Shown one piece after another: positions 57,861 through 64,000 of a stretch of DNA of 64,000 nt. Each line of letters opens with the position of its first letter. Position 1 is the stretch's first letter. This DNA comes from Thermoproteota archaeon (GTDB lineage: Archaea; Korarchaeota; Korarchaeia; Korarchaeales; Korarchaeaceae). The notes beneath the pieces are model-generated. The model had not been told where the DNA came from, did no database searches, and saw only the letters and a list, made by a program, of their open reading frames with translations. Position numbers and translations under genes: made by a program. Location of the stretch: assembly GCA_027492205.1 (NCBI GenBank), contig JAOZFN010000017.1, forward strand, positions 32,001-96,000. Direction: 5' to 3'.

Positions 57861-58886
57861 ATGTTGGGGCTGGCGATGGTGGCCCTGGCCGTGGCCCTCG
57901 CCCCTGTGGGGCCCCAGCGGCAGGTCCCGAGAGCGACGCCAGGCGCGACGGAGGCCCCGCCAACCCCGGTGGAGGTCCAGGCGGACAAAATCAGGGAGAG
58001 GGATCCGATAGAGGTCACGGTCAGGCAGGCCGTCCTGATCGAGAACCCGCTGAACGAGAGCGTCACGGGGTACGTGTACATGTCGATACCCATCAACGGC
58101 TCTCACCAAGAGGCTTACCTGGCGGACGCGCCGCCCGGGACAACGGTCCAGATCGACGACGAGGGGAACCCCTACCTCGTGATTGAGATGGAGCTCGGGC
58201 CCGGGGAGAGGACCTGGGTGAACGTGACGGTTAAGGTCGTGCTCAGGCCTTACGTAGTAAGCTGGGTGGCGTCCAGGCGGCAGTGGCCCCCACTGAACGT
58301 GACCAGCCTCTACACCGGGAGGACGACTTTCTGGGACACCTACAACGAGACGCTGAGGCGGCTGGCTTTCGACGTCGCCGGATCCGACGACGACCCCTAC
58401 CTAATAGTGAAGAGCCTGGCCCACTGGGTGTCGGGTCACCTAGACTACAACGTCAGGTTCGACAGACTCGGGTCCGACGGCGCCGTGAGGCGGGAGAGGA
58501 CGGGTCTCTACGTGTACGGCGACTGCACCGAGGTTGCAGACGTGTTCGTGACCCTCGCCAGGATCCTGGGCATTCCATCGAGGACGGCCTACGGCATAAT
58601 GAGGCTCAGGCCCTCAGCTACCTACTGGGCGAACCTCACGTCTCGCGACTACAGGGAGTGGACCGGCCACGTGTGGCCACAGGTCTACATCGAGCCGCTG
58701 GGCTGGGTGGATGTCGAGATGCTGGAGGGAGGCGCGCCCAAGGTTGGGGACTACTCGTGGAGGCACGTCGTCTACGGGATAGAGGCCAGGAAGTTCATGG
58801 GATCGGACTTCCTCGGGGCGTTCTGCAGGACCAGCTTCGGCAGCGAGCCGCTCTACCTGGAGGTAACGATCTCGGAGGGGTGGTGA
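57861..58886 (+). CDS. secreted/anchored transglutaminase-like domain protein
   Basis: Signal peptide; GDCTE..LARILGIPSR, HVW, GWVD (Cys-His-Asp triad); start approximate. Confidence 0.88.
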   Translation: MLGLAMVALAVALAPVGPQRQVPRATPGATEAPPTPVEVQADKIRERDPIEVTVRQAVLIENPLNESVTGYVYMSIPINGSHQEAYLADAPPGTTVQIDDEGNPYLVIEMELGPGERTWVNVTVKVVLRPYVVSWVASRRQWPPLNVTSLYTGRTTFWDTYNETLRRLAFDVAGSDDDPYLIVKSLAHWVSGHLDYNVRFDRLGSDGAVRRERTGLYVYGDCTEVADVFVTLARILGIPSRTAYGIMRLRPSATYWANLTSRDYREWTGHVWPQVYIEPLGWVDVEMLEGGAPKVGDYSWRHVVYGIEARKFMGSDFLGAFCRTSFGSEPLYLEVTISEGW

Positions 58887-60008
58887 ATGCCGAAGAAAGC
58901 CAGAGGAGTGAAATCGCGGAGGGGCGCGGCCCTCCTCGCGACAGCGATCCTCGCGCTGTCGCTGGCGGGTCTTCGGCCGACCTCCTGCCAGCCCATCTGG
59001 ATCGGCCTCAACTTCGAGGTTCGACTGAGGGCCGACGGAACCGCCGTCGTGATCATCAGGGAGCACCCGTTCGCCCTCAACGGGACGAGCCTCTTCGGAG
59101 ACCAGGAGGTCCTGCTCAGGATGCTCCAGGAGGCGGAGGTCAATCGGGTGTACGCCGCCCTGATGTTCGCCTCCTCACCGGAGCACATCGAGACCGAGCT
59201 CCTGGGCCCGCCTGAGATCTCCCAGAACGAGACGGTCCTGGCCGACCCGCTGAACAGGGGGAGGATGGTCGAGTACGGGTGGGCCGTGGTAACGAGGATC
59301 CTCGTCAACCTTTCGACCGCCGAGTACGTCCGGGACCTGGGCGGCGGGAGGTACGAGATCAAGATCGTGGATCCGTTCACCGCCAGGGACCCCAGGAGCT
59401 GGATAGACGTCCTGAAGATCTCGTGGGACGAGGGAGTGGAGGTGCTGAACGTCGAGTGGGTCCCCAGCTCAGCCTCAGGCCCGACTGAGCGGGGAGACGG
59501 GTACCTCCTCTGGCTCAACTACAACGAGCCTTCCGCCCCGGACGCCTACGTACTGACCGCGCGCCTCCCCGGCCTGACGGTCGCCCCTCCCCCCGGGCTC
59601 TCCGTCAGGTTGGAGGCCAGCAGGGTGGGCGACGTCGTCGAGGTCAGGGTGTCCTCCGACCGAGTGAAGTACGCGGTGGTCAGGATAGTCGGCCCCGGCG
59701 AGGATCAGGCCAGGGGCGTCTCGCTAGACGTGGGAGGGTGGAGAACCGTCAGGTTCTACGCAGGCGCCCGCGACCTGAGGGCGGAGGTCTACGTCGGCGG
59801 CAGGAAGGTCGCCGAGGCGCCCGTCAGCGAGGGCCCCCCCACGGGAGTGGGTGGGGAGAGCCCGAACGCCTCTCAAGGCCCTTTGCCGGCCCTCCTGCTG
59901 GTGCTTGGCATCTTGACCTTCTTGGCTGGTCTCAGTCTCGGCGGGAGGGGTCGCAGGGAGAAAGAGGAGGGCCGGTTCGGCTGGCAGGTGGCCTGGGAGA
60001 CCTGGTAG
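58887..60008 (+). CDS. hypothetical surface protein (signal peptide and C-terminal TM anchor)
   Basis: Basic-hydrophobic N-terminus, beta-rich body, C-terminal TM; abuts the transglutaminase gene. Confidence 0.75.
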   Translation: MPKKARGVKSRRGAALLATAILALSLAGLRPTSCQPIWIGLNFEVRLRADGTAVVIIREHPFALNGTSLFGDQEVLLRMLQEAEVNRVYAALMFASSPEHIETELLGPPEISQNETVLADPLNRGRMVEYGWAVVTRILVNLSTAEYVRDLGGGRYEIKIVDPFTARDPRSWIDVLKISWDEGVEVLNVEWVPSSASGPTERGDGYLLWLNYNEPSAPDAYVLTARLPGLTVAPPPGLSVRLEASRVGDVVEVRVSSDRVKYAVVRIVGPGEDQARGVSLDVGGWRTVRFYAGARDLRAEVYVGGRKVAEAPVSEGPPTGVGGESPNASQGPLPALLLVLGILTFLAGLSLGGRGRREKEEGRFGWQVAWETW

Positions 60009-60020
60009 GCGACTCCCGCC

Positions 60021-60653
60021 CTAAGGCCTCGGGGAGTTGATCAGAGCCTGCCGATCGTCCTCAATGAACTGAAGGAGCGCCGCCAGGGCGAGGGGGTACA
60101 TCCCCTCCCCGACCTCCGAGATCACGCACTCCGCCAGCTTGGGGACCCACCTCAGCAGGTGCCTCTCCAGCAGGGAGAGCTGGGACCTGATCAGGGACTC
60201 GACCCTCCCCCTGTCCGCCGATGCGTCGGCCATCTCCTGCTGGTAGGCCAAGACGTACATGAGGCCCAGCTGACCCGGGAGCGAGTCCAGGTCCAAGCTC
60301 TCCACTCCAGCGGACCTCGCGAGCTCCGAGAGCGCGAGCTGAGAGTACTCACCCGACTCCACAAAGGCGGACTCTCGAGGTCTACACCTCTCGGAGGCGC
60401 GTTCTCTCTCCTCCGTCAGTCTCGACACGGATGGTTGATCAACGACGAACCTCGTGATCAGCTCCCTCAGGGGGCCCGTCCTATAGCCCATCGACTCAAG
60501 CGCCCCCATCGAGCGACCGAGGGACTCCACCACCCAAGAGACGTCCCGGTCGGGCTCCTCCCTCAGATCGCCGACAAGAGCCGACAGGGCAGCGTAAACC
60601 TCGGCCCTGGCCGCCGAGAGACCCGGGGGCCAGGCCGCCCTCCCTGAACCCAT
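60021..60653 (-). CDS. TorD/DmsD-family molybdoenzyme chaperone
   Basis: PRESAF, DSLPGQLGLM (degenerate DH..EL), LERHLLRWVP, Y..LA. Confidence 0.7.
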   Translation of the reverse strand: MGSGRAAWPPGLSAARAEVYAALSALVGDLREEPDRDVSWVVESLGRSMGALESMGYRTGPLRELITRFVVDQPSVSRLTEERERASERCRPRESAFVESGEYSQLALSELARSAGVESLDLDSLPGQLGLMYVLAYQQEMADASADRGRVESLIRSQLSLLERHLLRWVPKLAECVISEVGEGMYPLALAALLQFIEDDRQALINSPRP

Positions 60654-60713
60654 CCCGGATGCCGATCGGCGAGACGTTAAAACGAGGCGGCGGCGCCAAG
60701 CCCCGGTGGTCCC

Positions 60714-61376
60714 TTGGTCCTCGGTCTCGCCGATCTAGCCGCGGCCCTAAGCGAGCTGGTGAGCTCCTCGCCAGACCTCACCTCGGGCCTCGTCAGGGAG
60801 GAGGGGGACGGGGAGTTCCTGGTCGCGTTCGACGTCAGGTGGTCCGCTCTAGAGGACCCGGAAGGTGAGCTCAAGGAGTTCGAGGCGGCGTACCTAGGCC
60901 ACCGGGTCGTGGGCAGGGGGACCGAGGGCAGGGAGGACGCCTGGATAATCGTCAGGTCGGACTTCGGCGAGCTTGAAGACCTACTGGAGAGGATCAGCGA
61001 GCGAGGGGACGTAGTCGGGGTCCTTTCGGTGAGGGGGAACTCTGTGGAGGTCGTCGTCTACCCGCAGCGGGCGGCCAGCGCCGCAGCCGTGGGGCTCGCC
61101 GGGGAGCTGGTCGAGGCTCTGCTCGAGAGGCTGGGCTGGCCCGAGGGGGTCTTCTACAGCCTGATAGGATACGAGGTCATCCCTGGCGGGCTGAGGCTCC
61201 ACGCTTCCCTGGCGGTCGACGAGTGTCCCTCCCGGGTGATCCACGAGCACGGGGAGGACCACGCGCACGGGCGAGAGAGCGGGGCGCGTGATGGACAGGC
61301 CGACTATGGGGGACGGGGCGACGAGCCTGGCTCAGGTGTCGGGGGCGTCCTGCTCCCTGGGGGGTGGCCCGACTGA
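60714..61376 (+). CDS. hypothetical protein with a His-rich segment
   Basis: Host-like codon usage; HEHGEDHAHG near the C-terminus. Confidence 0.6.
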   Translation: MVLGLADLAAALSELVSSSPDLTSGLVREEGDGEFLVAFDVRWSALEDPEGELKEFEAAYLGHRVVGRGTEGREDAWIIVRSDFGELEDLLERISERGDVVGVLSVRGNSVEVVVYPQRAASAAAVGLAGELVEALLERLGWPEGVFYSLIGYEVIPGGLRLHASLAVDECPSRVIHEHGEDHAHGRESGARDGQADYGGRGDEPGSGVGGVLLPGGWPD

Positions 61377-61921
61377 TGGATCTGTCCCACCTCGTCGGGG
61401 TTCTCAGGAGGCTCTCGGAGGATCCCGGAGTGGTCTCGGCCACCCTGGATCTCGGCCTGCGGAGGATAACCGTCGAGGTCAGGCTTCCAGACCTGGCTCC
61501 AATGCTCGAGTCGGCTGCCGAGGAGTACAGAGCCATGGGGTGGCGGGTTGACTTCGATCTCAGCGGGGACTCGCCTACCGTCGTCGTTAGGGCTCCCCGG
61601 GGAGAAGTCGGTCGGGTCCTCTCCCTGGCCAAGGGAAGGGGCGACTCGGTTCTGGAGGTTAGAGTCTCCCCCGGCGGCTCCCGGGACGTCGAGGTGAGGG
61701 TTGAGGCGTCTGGGGCCACAATCGGCGAGGTGGCCGCGGTCGAGGCCAGGGAGGCGCTGAGAAGGGCCGGTCTCCCCGGCGCCGACGGCATGCCCGCCGA
61801 GCTTGAGACTGTCACGAGGGACGCTCGCGTCCCCGTGTTCCTGCCAACGGAGACCGGCAGCACCCGCGGCCTCGTCGCCGCCGTCTCGGTGTGCCTCCCG
61901 CCGAGGATCGGAGAGTCCTAG
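61376..61921 (+). CDS. hypothetical protein
   Basis: TGATG overlap with the upstream ORF; host-like codon usage. Confidence 0.6.
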   Translation: MDLSHLVGVLRRLSEDPGVVSATLDLGLRRITVEVRLPDLAPMLESAAEEYRAMGWRVDFDLSGDSPTVVVRAPRGEVGRVLSLAKGRGDSVLEVRVSPGGSRDVEVRVEASGATIGEVAAVEAREALRRAGLPGADGMPAELETVTRDARVPVFLPTETGSTRGLVAAVSVCLPPRIGES

Positions 61922-61926
61922 GGGGG

Positions 61927-63057
61927 CTACCTCCTCCCCAGCCTGCCGGCGAGCCTCTTGGCGACCGCCAGGGGAACCCTGGTCCACACCCACCTCCAGA
62001 ACTCCCGGAACTCCAGCTCCCCGACGTTGGCGAGGGTGTACCTCCTCGCTATCTCCGGGTCCGACACCATGTAGTCGTAGAACCTCCTCATCCTCGGCAG
62101 GACCACGTTGGCCGCCTTGGCCCTGAGCTCCAAGTCCTGAAGCAGCGGCTCCAGTAGTCTCTCGTAGAGGCCGGGATCTCCGCTGAGGACGGCCTGGGAC
62201 GCGGCCCGAGCGCTCACCAGCGCCTGGTATATGCCCTCTCCGGTGAGGGGGTCGGCGAGGCCCGCGGCGTCGCCCACCAGGAGCACCCTCCCGGACGCGA
62301 GCCGCCTGCTCCGGCCAATGGGTATGACGCCGTACTCCACCGGCGTGTCCAACCTGAGGCCCAGCGACCTCACGTGCCTCTCCAGGCGACCCTTCAAGTT
62401 CTCCATGAGGGGGAGCATTCCCCCAACGCCCACGTTCACCCTCCCGGAGAGGGGGAAGGCCCAGCCGTACCCCCCGCGGGGGACGGCGTCCATCTGGAAC
62501 AGGGCCACGTCGTAGCCTCCCGAAGGCCTCGACTCGACCGCCGCGATGAGTTCCCCCGGCGGATAGCCGGACCTCAGCCCGACCCACCTCCCGACCGAAC
62601 CGGCCACGCCGTCGGCGCCGATCACCCAGTCCGCCGAGTACGCGTTCCGTCGCGTCCTCACCACCAGCCCCTCTCCCCCGGGGGACACCCCGATCGCCGG
62701 CTCCCCGTCCAGGAACTCCGCACCCTCCGCTTCGGCCCAGCGGGCCAGCGAGGCGTCGAAGTCGGCCCTGTCGACCGTGGCGATCACCCAGGGGTTGTGG
62801 AACACCTCCACGGAGCGACCCCACCCCCGAACCAGGACCCTGTCCAAGAGCCTCTGGATCGGGAGCTCCGACCGGTGGAAGCCGAACTCCTCCAGCAGCC
62901 TCACGGTCTTCAGCGTCAGGCCGCCCCCGCACGGCTTGTTCCTTGGGAACCTGCGCATCTCTAGTAGGAGCACCCTCAGGCCAGACCTTGCCAGCAGGGC
63001 CGCCGAGGCGCTTCCGGCGGGACCCGCGCCGACCACGGCGACGTCGAATCGTCTCGT
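61927..63057 (-). CDS. geranylgeranyl reductase family flavoprotein
   Basis: FDVAVVGAGPAG, KPCGGG, GADG, GYGWAFP, VGDAAG..PLTGEGI; 5' end uncertain (see findings). Confidence 0.92.
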   Translation of the reverse strand, partial: TRRFDVAVVGAGPAGSASAALLARSGLRVLLLEMRRFPRNKPCGGGLTLKTVRLLEEFGFHRSELPIQRLLDRVLVRGWGRSVEVFHNPWVIATVDRADFDASLARWAEAEGAEFLDGEPAIGVSPGGEGLVVRTRRNAYSADWVIGADGVAGSVGRWVGLRSGYPPGELIAAVESRPSGGYDVALFQMDAVPRGGYGWAFPLSGRVNVGVGGMLPLMENLKGRLERHVRSLGLRLDTPVEYGVIPIGRSRRLASGRVLLVGDAAGLADPLTGEGIYQALVSARAASQAVLSGDPGLYERLLEPLLQDLELRAKAANVVLPRMRRFYDYMVSDPEIARRYTLANVGELEFREFWRWVWTRVPLAVAKRLAGRLGRR

Positions 63058-63095
63058 GGGCGCTCAACCTCCCCCGTCACTTCGCCCCAACCGCG

Positions 63096-63803
63096 TCACA
63101 GGCCCAACTCCTCCAGGACCTCCTCGAGCCGCGCCCTGATCTCGGCCTGGACCTCCTCTACGCCCCTCTCCCTGCCGCCTTCCACCTCGTCGACCTCGAT
63201 GACCGTGACCCCCTCCGCCCTGAGGTCGTCCAGGAGCCTCCTGAAGTTCCGATAGGTCTCCATGAGGTCGGCCCTGTTCTCGTAGATCTGCCACGTCCAC
63301 CTGGACCTCCTTATCCGCGAGGCCGAGACGTCCGGGGGAACGTCCAAGTAGACCACCACGTCCGGGAGCGGGGCGTACCTGTTCACCTCCCTCACCCAGT
63401 CGAGATCCACGCTCAGGGAGAGGGTACCAACGTCCCTTCCGCCCTGGTAGGCCATGGAGGAGATCACGTACCTGTCCGAGATGACCACGTAGCCCTCCTT
63501 GAGGGCCGAAAGGATTCCCCTGTGCCTGGCTCCCGGGCCGTAGGGATCCTCGTAGAGGTGGTAGAGCCTGTCCGCCGCGAAGAGGAGGGCCATCACGTGG
63601 GGGTAGGGGGTTATGTTTACCTGCCTGCTCATTATCCCCCTGAGGAGGAAGCCTATCATCGACTCGGTGGGCTCCTTCGTGAGGAAGACCTTCTCTAAGC
63701 CCTTCTCCTCGATCAACCACTTCTCAACGAGTCTGGAGTGGGTGGTCAGCCCGGCGCCGTCTATCCCCTCAAAGGCTATGAAGAGACCCTTCCAATCCCC
63801 CAT
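63096..63803 (-). CDS. tmk: thymidylate kinase
   Basis: FIAFEGIDGAG.TT, KEPT, LFAADR, SDRY..SSMAYQ. Confidence 0.92.
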   Translation of the reverse strand: MGDWKGLFIAFEGIDGAGLTTHSRLVEKWLIEEKGLEKVFLTKEPTESMIGFLLRGIMSRQVNITPYPHVMALLFAADRLYHLYEDPYGPGARHRGILSALKEGYVVISDRYVISSMAYQGGRDVGTLSLSVDLDWVREVNRYAPLPDVVVYLDVPPDVSASRIRRSRWTWQIYENRADLMETYRNFRRLLDDLRAEGVTVIEVDEVEGGRERGVEEVQAEIRARLEEVLEELGL

Positions 63804-63816
63804 CGACGCACCTCCC

Positions 63817-63863
63817 GTCGCCGGGTCCCGCCCCATTAATGAATTTCTCTCGGACCCGGCGAC
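63817..63863. repeat. 12-bp perfect inverted repeat enclosing an AT-rich box upstream of tmk
   Basis: gtcgccgggtcc (63817-63828) and ggacccggcgac (63852-63863) around a loop containing cattaatgaatttc. Confidence 0.8.
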
Positions 63864-64000
63864 CTCGAATCTGAGGAGCTGCGATCTTGATGGGGATCGG
63901 GCCAATGCTGGCACACGGCTTTGAGCTGTCAGCCCGCGTCCTACGCCAGCTAGGCGGAAGCCCCTTTCGTCGGCCCGCGAGGATCAAGTGGTTTGAATTT

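Overview
A 64-kb window of a high-GC archaeal chromosome. AGG-rich codon usage, GGAGG/GGTGA leaders, GTPBP1, Roadblock, SAMP/JAB and a geranylgeranyl reductase suggest a thermophilic TACK-type lineage (inference). It carries housekeeping genes (pncB, nadE, tmk, GGR, mpg) and a ~20-kb cluster made of a LIV-type ABC importer, a cyclic amidohydrolase, two xanthine-dehydrogenase-family enzymes with an embedded pyrB, and Moco maturation genes. A dense field of intact and decaying toxin-antitoxin modules lies mainly at 32-46 kb. The best candidate for a new system is a protein that fuses two CDC48/PAN-type AAA domains to a Lon (S16) Ser-Lys protease domain and is translationally coupled to an unknown membrane protein (9408-12376). 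Other highlights are an orphan MCM-like ATPase with a 524-aa LAGLIDADG intein, a hidden 47-aa four-Cys protein, a perfect 199-bp in-frame duplication in an MNT-like antitoxin, two genes whose best start appears to be ACG, and several frameshifted genes that may be real decay or assembly error. No rRNA, tRNA or CRISPR array was recognised. All product calls come from motif recognition by eye; no database searches were run.
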